Positions 10,601 through 19,036 of a stretch of DNA of 64,000 bases are shown one piece after another (the stretch's first letter is position 1; every line of letters starts with the position of its first letter). The stretch covers positions 23,931 to 87,930 of the forward strand of contig DAIDMR010000069.1 in the NCBI GenBank assembly GCA_027448865.1, given 5' to 3'. The notes below the pieces were generated by a model. That model had not been told where the DNA came from. It saw only the letters and a list, made by a program, of their open reading frames with translations, and ran no database searches. Both the position numbers and the translations under genes were made by a program. This stretch comes from Vampirovibrio sp. Its GTDB lineage: Bacteria; Cyanobacteriota; Vampirovibrionia; Vampirovibrionales; Vampirovibrionaceae.

Positions 10601-10725
10601 GTTCCTAAAAACGCCAACAACATGGCCAGCCCGTATCCCTTTTTCTTCCCGGGAGAACGACCGGCGGCCTTGAGCCACTGCGCGAACTGAAATCCTGCTT
10701 TACCAGCTTTACCTGTTTTAAACAT
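7645..10725 (-). CDS. PilX_N-domain protein fused to tandem LamG/concanavalin-like lectin repeats (putative type IV pilus tip adhesin), 1026 aa
   Basis: The N-terminus KKKGYGLAMLLAFLGTTMAIGASL resembles the PilX N-terminal domain. About three copies follow of a ~90-aa module (AYGxRRL...VRRSSD...IGFLPNGDLD...) each ending in the WYDQSGNG(R/N) motif characteristic of LamG_3-like jelly-roll domains. There is also one more solo WYDQSGNG module. Confidence 0.55.
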   Translation of the reverse strand: MFKTGKAGKAGFQFAQWLKAAGRSPGKKKGYGLAMLLAFLGTTMAIGASLQLMSGPLSAIVMGSASQNRLAAEELAKSGMRAVTARLQTSYNTGQTIAAGASFNSTNDPAYVLMPQSPDSLAGATRSVGSYTSRVSYVNGNTVLVVVTATVGSSQSSVSQLLTLTRDIYPMAFNNIAGATAAYGMRRLTSDAAITRAIRVRRGSDNAETDIGFLPNGDLDMPALMTFLNDNLTTYPKPLDRVTGAFRAYSLRKINTAYTGNAIIVRRSSDDTTTNIGFLPNGDLDTPSLLSFCKTDSCFVTTWYDQSGNGRNATQSTLTAQPRIVNAGALEMINGRVALRFDGVDDAIAGATNNLANSSFNLVVAQVDAGASITLQSKATSGSSGTGGQKYLLSPPQGGAVNAGSGISLGENGVGVYEHGNSYMPCLANASISPNNNDGLIVSYNYINKQPFLFVNSKLVDVGFTSLRGDLFTPVFIGGPPTVHAPYGYFKGAVGEWIQYPTDLTTAERQILENDDARYYQLTLEDPGYTPPLVTVPSATAAYGLRRLITDNTGTTDDDKAIQVRRSSDNSTQIIGFDSKGNLDLANLFKFCGISSCFVSIWYDQSGNNRHLTQPTAANQPRITNAGVLDTINGRPAMRNIGSRILLGSGTNLMAGTGGWWYSTILADYGSVDTANFLDRNPAGNSNPIVGLIKSSGKFALVTRRNDGTNQTVRTGSYTIPSDGTGQLVSFQRNRGIDYSLFVNGLVDASTPDTDTDITPQGVAVLGHNEIGFYPGASAAMSELIIYNTSVTTATRNRLEGNQMAYYNINDKVPDTGFVTTWYDQSGNGFNFRQGVRELQPVIRLDRKTGRPAIQFNGLNNCMNTAGTLNFTGTNARALVVASMDGSTGTAGRLFGGNKSSDVYDYATPESASFLRRYGSTNQLFSYRNNATLGISPAFTLNQPFQATSVFNGSFHEIRVNGVYGTSVASSGAFGINRLWLGVAPFLFLGDLWAGGVSEVILYPNAMSGTQLAMLEQDQRSYYGTP

Positions 10726-10879
10726 GGGCCAACACCAATCGGCTTTTCAAGTTACTTACGGTTACACGATTCAACATTCAATCAACGCGTTTTGCCTATA
10801 GCGGATATAACTATTTTAAACACTCTTTCTGGATCATCGTTCTGTTTGCCAAAAACTTTAACCCGATTTTCACAATTTC

Positions 10880-11749
10880 CTAAAATCGGACTTTATCCGC
10901 AGACTCTGCCCTCAGAGCGGTAATTTCAGCCCCCACAAAGAAAATCAGCGCTGAATAATAGAGCCAGGTCACCAGGATAATCAGTGCGCCCAGGGCTCCG
11001 TAAACCGGGTTAAACTGGTGCATGTGGTTGACGTACAGACTGAACAGCTCTGAAACGCTGACCCAGGCGATCAGAAAAAAAATGGCGCCGGGTAAGCTGA
11101 CCCGCCAGCGTAATCTTCCTGTTTTCGGGCGCAAAATCAGGGCGTATGTCAAAGTGGTGATTGCGGTAATGCCGCAGCCCAACACCAGCCAGCGGCTGAT
11201 ACGTAACAGGGCCACCACGCTGAAAAGCAAGTGAAAGCGCCCATGCAGCCATGAAATCAGAGCATCGCCAAACAGAATGAGATAAATCGCCACGACCAGC
11301 ATCACGCCCATAAATAATACCAGCACAATGGATACAATCGGCGTGTACCAGAAGGGAAAGTCTTTTTCCGGAATCCCGTAGGCACGTCTCAACCCCTTAA
11401 CAATAACACCGCCACTCCCGGAAGCCGACCACAGCGTCATCAGCATGCCCGCCAGCGTCAGTCCGGTTGTGCTACCCCCAATGGTAGCATCAAGGAGATT
11501 AATCAACAGACTGCCGGTGTGCGCCGGGGCCAGTTCATGGATGAAATCCACGCACAGCGCGTAAAAAACACTGGTTTGCCCCAACAGGCCGAACAGGGCT
11601 ATCAGGAAAAACGTGGCGGGGATGAGGGATTGAATCATGTTAAAGGCCACCTCGGCGGCAAGCCCCTGGCAATCATCCGCATTGATTTTCTGAAATAAGC
11701 CCCTGAGCCACGCCGGAAACCGACGTTTCCGTCCTTCCCCTTCAGTCAT
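10880..11749 (-). CDS. YihY/BrkB (virulence factor BrkB / ribonuclease BN-like) family inner membrane protein, 289 aa
   Basis: It is a six-TM hydrophobic protein of typical YihY size with conserved hydrophobic blocks. Its start overlaps the mgtA 3' end by 8 bp, so the two form an operon. Confidence 0.7.
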   Translation of the reverse strand: MTEGEGRKRRFPAWLRGLFQKINADDCQGLAAEVAFNMIQSLIPATFFLIALFGLLGQTSVFYALCVDFIHELAPAHTGSLLINLLDATIGGSTTGLTLAGMLMTLWSASGSGGVIVKGLRRAYGIPEKDFPFWYTPIVSIVLVLFMGVMLVVAIYLILFGDALISWLHGRFHLLFSVVALLRISRWLVLGCGITAITTLTYALILRPKTGRLRWRVSLPGAIFFLIAWVSVSELFSLYVNHMHQFNPVYGALGALIILVTWLYYSALIFFVGAEITALRAESADKVRF

Positions 11750-14405
11750 AGCCGAACTTCCCGATGAACCAGCGCTTGACCATCTGGATCAGGATGAAGT
11801 AGGCGGCCAGAATACCCATCAGCCATGCAAAATAATGGCCCGGCAGCGTTACGAACCCGAAAAACGGGGCCAGCGGAGAATGTGGCAGATAAATGCCGAT
11901 ACCGATGATGAGCCCAGTCATTACCAGCAGCTGCGGGGCGGCCCAGCTTTGCAGGAATGGAATTCTGGCGGTGCGGATGAAATGTACGATCAGCACTTGC
12001 GACAACAATCCCTCAATAAACCAACCGGTATGGAACAGGGCCTGCCGGTCTACCGTATTGGCCTGAAAAACAAACCACATCACGGCAAACAGGATGTAAT
12101 CAAAAATAGAACTCACCGGGCCGAAGGTCAGCATGAATCGCTCCACGTTGGGAACCTCCCAGCGATGGGGCTTGGCCAGAAACGCTTCATCCACCCGATC
12201 AAAGGGGATGGCTGTTTGCGAGATGTCGTACAACAGGTTCTGGGCCAGGATCTGGATGGGCATCATGGGTAAAAACGGCAACAGAAAGCTGGCACCCATC
12301 ATGCTGAAGACATTGCCGAAATTGGAGCTGGTGGTCATGCGAATGTATTTGATGATGTTGCCAAATACCTTGCGCCCTTCAATCACCCCGTCATTCAGAA
12401 CCAACAGGCTTTGCTCCAGCAGAATCATATCGGCTGATTCCCTGGCGATGTCCACCGCGTTGGCCACGGAAATACCCACATCTGCCCGGTGCAACGCGGG
12501 GGAGTCGTTAATACCGTCTCCCAGAAAGCCCACCACATGGTTTTTTCGTTGAATTGCCTGAATCACCTGTTCTTTGTGTTCCGGGGTCAGCTTGGCAAAA
12601 ATGGTGGTTTGTTCCGCTTTCTCCGCCAGTTGCTCAGGACTCAGCGATTCGATGTCCCGCCCCAGCAGAATGCCTCGAATGGGCAAACCTACCACGGTGC
12701 AGATTTTGCGGGTGACCAGCTCATTGTCACCGGTCAGGATTTTAAGCGCCACGCCCAGCTGGCTTAATTCCTGAATGGCCTGCGCGGTGCTTTCCTTGGG
12801 TGGATCCAGAAAGGCAATGTACCCCAGCAGGGTCAAATCCCGCTCATCTTCAACCGTGTAGGTATTTTGTCGCCCATCCATGTCCTTGCAGGCCACGGCA
12901 ATCGTCCGAAACCCTTCTTCACTCAGTTTTTGCGTATCCTTGTGAATCTGCTCCCGAATGGCCGGGGTGATAGGATATTCCCGCCCCTTATCGTGAATGC
13001 GGGCGCACACGCTCAGCATTTCCTCAATAGCCCCCTTGCAGATCAGCGTGTGTATGGCTTCCCTGGCAATGACCACAGAAAGACGACGGCGTTCAAAGTC
13101 AAAGGGAATCTCATCCACCTTGGCGTAATCGCTTTCAATGTTCAGTGCGTCATCTTGCTCGGCATGGGCCATGATGGCCTCATCCAAAAGATTTTTCAGG
13201 CCTGATTCAAAATAACTGTTGAGGTAGGCCGCTTTGAGAACCTCGATACTTTCTTCGCCATGCAGATTCAGGTGTCGGTAGAGAATGACCTTGTTCTGGG
13301 TCAGGGTACCGGTCTTGTCGGTGCATAGCACGTCAATGGCGCCCAGATTCTGGATGGCGGCCAAACGCTTGACGATCACTTTCTTCTTCGACAGAGCGAT
13401 GGCTCCTCGGGACAGGTTGGTGATGATGATCATGGGAAGCATCTCGGGGGTCAGTCCCACGCCAACGGCCAGGGCAAAGAGTAACGCGGTTAGCCAGTCG
13501 TGCTTGGTCAGGCCGTTGACCAGAAAAATCACCAGAACCATCGCTGTAATAAAGCGAATCAACAGCCAGCTCAGCTTGTTAATCCCCTGATCAAAGCTTG
13601 TGGGCGGCTCATCTTCCACGATTTTTGCGGCCAGATTGCCAAAGTAGGTCTGATCCCCGGTTGCCAGCGCCACGGCCACAGCCATTCCGCTGACCACACT
13701 GGTGCCCATAAAGCAGAGGTTGTCCAGATCAATCAGGTTGCCGCTGGTGTCGTCATCCGGTTCCGCTTTCTTCTCCACCGGAAAGGATTCCCCGCTCAGA
13801 GCGGACTGGTTGATGTGCAAGTCCCGAACTTCAATCAACCGGACATCGGCAGGGATGAGATCCCCCGGGCCCAGGGTCATGATATCGCCCGGAACCAGAT
13901 TTTTCAGGGGGATTTCCTGCAGGTGGCCCTGCAGATCCTGTTCAGTCTGACGCCTGCGGACACTGACCCGGCTGGTGACAAGCGCTTGAAGTTCTTCCGC
14001 CGCTCGACTGGAGCGGGATTCCTGAATAAAGCGCAAGAGCACGCTCAGCAATACCATGATGGCAATCATAATGGCGGACGATCGATTACCGCTGACGTAA
14101 GAGAGAAACCCAAGAACCATCAGCAGGTAATTAAAGGGGCTATTGAACAGTATCATCAAGCGGATCAACCCGGGACGGCGTTTCTTTCGAGTGATCTCAT
14201 TCAGTCCGTACTCAGAAAGACGCGCTTCGGCCTCGGTTTCCGTTAGGCCTGAGGAAGTGCTTTGCAGGTTCTCCAGTACCGCCGCAACCGGTCTGCGGGC
14301 TAAAGCCCGAAAATATTCCAGGCGATGCTCCGGATTGTTTGTTGCGGTCGGCTTTTCGGATTTCAGGCCGGGCATTGGAAGCGGTCTCCTTCGGTCAGCA
14401 TTCAA
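11742..14405 (-). CDS. mgtA: Magnesium-importing P-type ATPase MgtA (type IIIB), 887 aa
   Basis: It carries the P-type motifs CTDKTGTLTQNK (phosphorylation site), TGDN, and GDGINDSPAL. Length and the C-terminal TM organisation match MgtA/MgtB. Confidence 0.9.
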   Translation of the reverse strand: MNADRRRPLPMPGLKSEKPTATNNPEHRLEYFRALARRPVAAVLENLQSTSSGLTETEAEARLSEYGLNEITRKKRRPGLIRLMILFNSPFNYLLMVLGFLSYVSGNRSSAIMIAIMVLLSVLLRFIQESRSSRAAEELQALVTSRVSVRRRQTEQDLQGHLQEIPLKNLVPGDIMTLGPGDLIPADVRLIEVRDLHINQSALSGESFPVEKKAEPDDDTSGNLIDLDNLCFMGTSVVSGMAVAVALATGDQTYFGNLAAKIVEDEPPTSFDQGINKLSWLLIRFITAMVLVIFLVNGLTKHDWLTALLFALAVGVGLTPEMLPMIIITNLSRGAIALSKKKVIVKRLAAIQNLGAIDVLCTDKTGTLTQNKVILYRHLNLHGEESIEVLKAAYLNSYFESGLKNLLDEAIMAHAEQDDALNIESDYAKVDEIPFDFERRRLSVVIAREAIHTLICKGAIEEMLSVCARIHDKGREYPITPAIREQIHKDTQKLSEEGFRTIAVACKDMDGRQNTYTVEDERDLTLLGYIAFLDPPKESTAQAIQELSQLGVALKILTGDNELVTRKICTVVGLPIRGILLGRDIESLSPEQLAEKAEQTTIFAKLTPEHKEQVIQAIQRKNHVVGFLGDGINDSPALHRADVGISVANAVDIARESADMILLEQSLLVLNDGVIEGRKVFGNIIKYIRMTTSSNFGNVFSMMGASFLLPFLPMMPIQILAQNLLYDISQTAIPFDRVDEAFLAKPHRWEVPNVERFMLTFGPVSSIFDYILFAVMWFVFQANTVDRQALFHTGWFIEGLLSQVLIVHFIRTARIPFLQSWAAPQLLVMTGLIIGIGIYLPHSPLAPFFGFVTLPGHYFAWLMGILAAYFILIQMVKRWFIGKFGYD

Positions 14406-14762
14406 TCAGAATACGCTGAATCGATACCATTTGCATCGGATTACGGGGCAAGGTGAGTATTGTCCTTGAGCCAGACACCTCGCTTATGGACTAGTGCCTC
14501 AGGCCCATTCCTTTAGTGCCTGTGGCATTGCACACAAGGTGGCAGGATGGGTTTCATTCAGGCATTGGTTGCGCTGGCATGGCGTTGGTGCTGTTACCAG
14601 GAGAATCAGCCGGGATCCAGGTTTGGATCCTGATACCCAGTGATAAAACAGTCGTTTTGTAAAATATCTGTCGTTGCGCCTCGGGTGGCCAGTCTCCCGT
14701 TATAAAAAAGATCAAATTCAATCACATTTCTATCCGCTCCACCCAGGGATAACCCATCCGGA

Positions 14763-14861
14763 TCAACGGGAACCCAGGACTTTGCCGTTCGGTCGGTTGA
14801 TCTTCAGTGCCTGGAAAGTGCTTTTGAGTATGCGAACTTAAAGCGGGCATTGAAAATTTAA
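14763..14861 (+). pseudogene. Decayed 3' fragment of a hipA-like toxin gene (last ~30 codons) plus a conserved downstream tail
   Basis: Translation gives ...DFAVRSVDLQCLESAFEYANLKRALKI*, against the intact HipA C-terminus ...KFGLRSAEIKRMESAFEHEDLKRALKI* at 30662. The ~65 bp after the stop (to about 14928) also match the sequence after the hipA stop at 30664-30729 at about 85% nt identity. Confidence 0.55.
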
Positions 14862-14947
14862 AAGGCGTTCATTGATTCTCCCGCCATTTTCTCAGTATCT
14901 TTAGCTCGATATTCGGGGAGCAGGCCAACGATGAAATGCAGTCAAAC

Positions 14948-15823
14948 TCAGGCCCGATCTTTCATTTCCTGTTTCAAAAGGGCTAAAAATGCTGCCAGGG
15001 CAGGATTTTTATCGTCTTTTTTCCAGGCGGCGAACACAGACCAGCGGGCCTCCCTGTCCGTTTGTGGATAAAGATTAATGTCGGCAGTGTCCGGACAAAA
15101 GGACGGTGGGAGTATGGAGACGCCCAAGCCCGCTTTCACCAGCGCAAGCACACTCGTCACTTCCGCCACCTCCTGAACAATTCGAGGGTAAAATCCATAG
15201 TTGGCACAGAGTCCTAAAATCTGGTTATGCAGCACGGGGGAGCGCTCTTTCGAGATAATGACAAAGGGAATCTCCGAGCAATCTTCCAGGTGGGTTAATC
15301 TGTTGAAATCGGGATGATGCGGAGTAATCAGTGTTAGCTGTTCACGAACCAGGGGAAGCGTCTCGAATTCAGTTTTGGTCGACAATTTAACAAACCCGAT
15401 ATCCAGCTGCCCGTTTCGCAGGGCTTCAAGCTGCTCATGGGTGGATAGATCCTTGAGTACCAATTCAATGCCGGGTCGATCCTGTCTGAATTTAACAATG
15501 AGAAGCGGGATCATTTCCAGGGCATAATGGCTAAAACCGATGCGCAGCAGCCCTTGTTCGCCGCTGGAGATTTTTTGACCCAGGATACAGAGGTTCTCGT
15601 ACTGGGCCATAAAACCTTGCGCTTCTTTCAAAAACTGTCGTCCAAATGCGGTGAGCTGAGTGGATTTTCGATCCCGTTCAAACAGGGTATTTCCCAAAAA
15701 CGATTCCAGTTTATTGATTTGCTTGCTCAAAGCGGGTTGGGTGATATTCAACAGTTTTGCGGTGCGTCCAAAATGTAAATATTCCGCCAGTAGTACAAAA
15801 GCTTTTATTTCATGAATTTCCAT
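14948..15823 (-). CDS. LysR-type transcriptional regulator (AaeR-like, divergent from the efflux operon), 291 aa
   Basis: It has the N-terminal wHTH LHFGRTAKLLNITQPALSKQINKLE and a C-terminal substrate-binding domain. It is divergently oriented to the OMF-aaeXAB-like operon, as E. coli aaeR is to aaeXAB. Confidence 0.9.
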   Translation of the reverse strand: MEIHEIKAFVLLAEYLHFGRTAKLLNITQPALSKQINKLESFLGNTLFERDRKSTQLTAFGRQFLKEAQGFMAQYENLCILGQKISSGEQGLLRIGFSHYALEMIPLLIVKFRQDRPGIELVLKDLSTHEQLEALRNGQLDIGFVKLSTKTEFETLPLVREQLTLITPHHPDFNRLTHLEDCSEIPFVIISKERSPVLHNQILGLCANYGFYPRIVQEVAEVTSVLALVKAGLGVSILPPSFCPDTADINLYPQTDREARWSVFAAWKKDDKNPALAAFLALLKQEMKDRA

Positions 15824-15980
15824 TTTCTATCTCGCTAGCGATGATCAAGATCGGATTGTAAAGTCTTTTTATGATAACTAAAGGTTATCACAGGCATAAA
15901 CAAAAGTAATTGGCGCAATCAGAAAGGTTTATAGACAATAAGCCTTATCCCCCCTCGCTCTCTGAACGAATGAGTATTCA

Positions 15981-17438
15981 ATGTCACGCCTTACCCCGTT
16001 ACATCGCTTTTGCCTGATTGTTTCCTGTTTCATTTTTGTGTGGCCGTTACCCGTTTATGCCCAGCAAGCCCCGAAGACGCCAGGAAAACCCTGGGATATT
16101 GAGGCCTCGATTCTGTACCAGTCTCAAGAGACTCACAAAAATGAGTGGGCAGACGCGTTATCAACCGATAAGCGCTATACGCTGCCTGAATTGATTAGTT
16201 TGGCAGAAGAACGCAACCCCAAAACACGGCTAGCCTGGGAAAAAGCCAAACAGTTGGCCGCAAAGCTGGGGATTGCCCAAAGTGAGTTGTTTCCAACCCT
16301 GGCGGCTGTGGCCATACTGGAAAATAACAGCTCGGCCCTATTTTTTGAGACCTTCTATACCCAGAACCTGTTTTTATTCAGGCCAGCCATTTCCTTAAGC
16401 TATACGGTTCTAGACTTTGGGGAACGGCGTGGCAAAATTGACGAACAAAAGGCCAGCCTGCTGGCGGCCAATCTGAATTTTAATGATGTCCATCGTCAAG
16501 TGATTTACAGCATGGTGAGCGCCTACTATAAGGTTATGTTGGCTATGAGTCGAAAGGAAGCCGCTGAGGTAACCCTGGCAAACGCCAGAACCGTGCAGGA
16601 TTCTGTGGAAGAACGACTGGAGCAGGGCTTGGCCACCCTACCCGATAAGCTGGACGCACAGGCGGCCTCCGCCAAAGCCGAGTATGAACTGGTCGCCATC
16701 CAGGGCGAGGAGGATATTGCCCGGGGTGAACTGGCCTCTCTATTGCGAGAATCTCCCCAGAAAAAGCTGTCCCTGGAAAGCTTAAACCAAACCACAGGCT
16801 TTAACTTTCTAACGCCAGACGCAACAGCGACCATCGAGGAAGCATTACGGTTCCGTCCGGATTTCCTGGCCAAAATTCAACGTATCAGCGCGGCCCAAGC
16901 AGACATAAAGAGCAAGCGCGCAGCATACTTTCCCAAGCTGACTATTTCGGCCAATTACGGTCGGTTGGCCGCGTATGCCAACCAGGAGCATAGTCCCTAC
17001 GCCTTTGGGCAGATTCCCGTTTATCAATGGCAGGCAAATTTTAACTGGGTTTTATTTGATGGCGGGCGTCGTCGTAATGAATTACGTCTGGCCAAAGCCC
17101 GATACGAAGCAGCGCTCTCAGAGCAGCAAGAAGCCAAAGATCAGATTGAGTTTCAGGTGTGGCAGGCCTACGTCAATCTGGAAACGGCAAAAAAGCAGTT
17201 GGCAGCCTCTGAAAGATTGCTATTGGCCTCTCAAAAATCCTATGAGGCGGCCACGGAGTCCTATCAGTACGGGCTGCGTAATGTCATTGATGTGACCAAC
17301 GCCCAAAAAAACCTGGCCATTGCCCGAAATACCTTTGTGGAAGCGCGTATCAACATACTGGTGGCGATGGCCGAGCTGGCTTTTCAAACCGGCGATCTGG
17401 TTCATATTGGGAATCCTCCGCTTGTTAATCCGCCATGA
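15981..17438 (+). CDS. Outer membrane efflux protein (TolC/OMF family), 485 aa
   Basis: It has a signal peptide and OMF-type repeat architecture, and is the first gene of a four-gene efflux operon. Its stop overlaps the next ORF by 4 bp. Confidence 0.8.
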   Translation: MSRLTPLHRFCLIVSCFIFVWPLPVYAQQAPKTPGKPWDIEASILYQSQETHKNEWADALSTDKRYTLPELISLAEERNPKTRLAWEKAKQLAAKLGIAQSELFPTLAAVAILENNSSALFFETFYTQNLFLFRPAISLSYTVLDFGERRGKIDEQKASLLAANLNFNDVHRQVIYSMVSAYYKVMLAMSRKEAAEVTLANARTVQDSVEERLEQGLATLPDKLDAQAASAKAEYELVAIQGEEDIARGELASLLRESPQKKLSLESLNQTTGFNFLTPDATATIEEALRFRPDFLAKIQRISAAQADIKSKRAAYFPKLTISANYGRLAAYANQEHSPYAFGQIPVYQWQANFNWVLFDGGRRRNELRLAKARYEAALSEQQEAKDQIEFQVWQAYVNLETAKKQLAASERLLLASQKSYEAATESYQYGLRNVIDVTNAQKNLAIARNTFVEARINILVAMAELAFQTGDLVHIGNPPLVNPP

Positions 17439-17776
17439 TGTCCCTGGTACCAATAGAATCACCCTACCCTTTCATACTACTTGGAGTACCGTTCATGAAG
17501 TCATTGTTTGAACCGAGGTCTCTGTCCGCAGTTTTGCTGTTGGTCGGCATTTGTCTTGCGATGTCGGGGTGTCAAAGAAGTCCTTCTATTGATATTTTCG
17601 GTTCTTTTTTCCCGGTATGGTTTTTTTGCATGCTGGGCGGACTGCTGATCACATTTGTGATTCGGTATTTCCTCAGACGTCTGCGGCTGGATCAGGAGAT
17701 GGGCCCCCTGGTCATTATTTACCCCTGTATGACCGCGTTGTTCTCTTTTATCCTTTGGCTGGTTTTTTTCCCTTGA
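17435..17776 (+). CDS. DUF1656/AaeX-like small membrane protein (true start probably internal, about 17495 or later)
   Basis: The C-terminal part IDIFGSFFPVWFFCMLGGLLITFVIRYFLRRLRL resembles AaeX (FPVIVVFG...LVRRVL), and it sits immediately upstream of the HlyD-like adaptor as in aaeXAB. A possible lipobox LAMSGC exists. The annotated start is the longest ORF, not necessarily the real one. Confidence 0.5.
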   Translation: MMSLVPIESPYPFILLGVPFMKSLFEPRSLSAVLLLVGICLAMSGCQRSPSIDIFGSFFPVWFFCMLGGLLITFVIRYFLRRLRLDQEMGPLVIIYPCMTALFSFILWLVFFP

Positions 17777-17797
17777 TTTGAAGAATATAGGTGCGTC

Positions 17798-18997
17798 ATG
17801 GTTTTCAGTTTCAATAAAAAAAGAGTCGGTCGGCTTTTAGGTGGCCTGATCATTGGTTCAACGCTGCTTACCGGCGCTGCGGTGTATTGGCGAATCATCA
17901 CCCACCCCCGTACGGATGACGCAGAGGTGTTCGCCAACCTGATCGGCATTGCCCCGGAAGTCAGCGGCCCCATTACCCATATTTACGTGAAAGACAATCA
18001 ATGGGTCAAAAAAGGCACCCTGCTTTTTGAAATCGATCGCGCGCCGTTCCTGTATGCCTGGCAAGCCGCCAAATCTCAACGTGATACGCTGGAAGGCGAA
18101 ATTCGGGACTTAAAGCGGAAAATCATTTCACAGCAAAACTCGGTTCGATCCGCGGATGCTCAAATCAGGGTCTCAGAGGCATCACTGGAAAACAGTGGGG
18201 CTGGCATCAGCGCCGCCATTGCCGGGGTTGAAAACGCCAGGGCGGGTTTGGTTCGCGCCGAAGCCGATTATGTGTATGTCACCGCTAACCTGAAACGGCT
18301 GGAGGCCTTGCTCAAAAAGCAATTTGTCACTGTGGATCAGGTTCAATTGGCTCAGACCGATGTTCGAAATAAAGCAGAAGCGGTTTTACAGGCCCGATCG
18401 CAACTGGCATTTCAACAGGCTCAACTGAGTGCCGCCCGGGCCAGACAGCGAGAAACCAATGCTCAATTAATCCAGAGTCAAGCCCGTCTGGATGAATCCG
18501 TTTACAAAATTGACATTTTGGATCCGCTGGTGGCGCAGAGGCAAAAGAAAATCGCCGAAATTGATACAGCAGCCTATAATTTGTCCCGTTGTCGTATTTA
18601 TGCCCCTTTTGACGCCAGAGTCACCAATTTGATGGTGTCGGAGGGAGAGTATGCGCATGCCGGGCAAAAGGTATTCACACTGATCGACACCCGGAAATGG
18701 TGGGTCATCGCCAATTTCAGAGAATCTCAAGTCAATTACACCCGTCCTGGCACCAAAGCCGATGTGTACCTGATGTCTGAGCCAAGCGTGCGCTATGAAG
18801 GCGTTGTGGAGAGTGTTGGCTATGGTGTACTGCCAGATAGTAATCTGATTGGTAACCTGGATGGCGACTTGCCTGATGTTCGTCGGACGCTCAACTGGGT
18901 TCGTTTGGCCAGTCGCTTTCCGGTCAGGGTTCGCGTTCTGAATCCGGAAAGTGAGCATTTTCGAATTGGGGCTTCCGCCATGGTGGTTATACAGTGA
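17798..18997 (+). CDS. HlyD-family membrane fusion/periplasmic adaptor protein (AaeA-like), 399 aa
   Basis: It has a single N-terminal TM, a long coiled-coil (QQAQLSAARARQRETNAQLIQSQARL), and a C-terminal beta-barrel region typical of HlyD/EmrA/AaeA. Confidence 0.85.
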   Translation: MVFSFNKKRVGRLLGGLIIGSTLLTGAAVYWRIITHPRTDDAEVFANLIGIAPEVSGPITHIYVKDNQWVKKGTLLFEIDRAPFLYAWQAAKSQRDTLEGEIRDLKRKIISQQNSVRSADAQIRVSEASLENSGAGISAAIAGVENARAGLVRAEADYVYVTANLKRLEALLKKQFVTVDQVQLAQTDVRNKAEAVLQARSQLAFQQAQLSAARARQRETNAQLIQSQARLDESVYKIDILDPLVAQRQKKIAEIDTAAYNLSRCRIYAPFDARVTNLMVSEGEYAHAGQKVFTLIDTRKWWVIANFRESQVNYTRPGTKADVYLMSEPSVRYEGVVESVGYGVLPDSNLIGNLDGDLPDVRRTLNWVRLASRFPVRVRVLNPESEHFRIGASAMVVIQ

Positions 18998-19036
18998 GAA
19001 ACAATGAGTGCTAACAGCCTTAACTAATTACAGGAT

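Noticed and set aside
10863-10889. Inverted repeat CCGATTTT-n11-AAAATCGG overlapping the yihY stop codon
   Set aside because: The stem is short and A/T-rich, and it overlaps coding sequence. It could be a weak terminator for the mgtA-yihY operon but is not distinctive enough to report as a feature.
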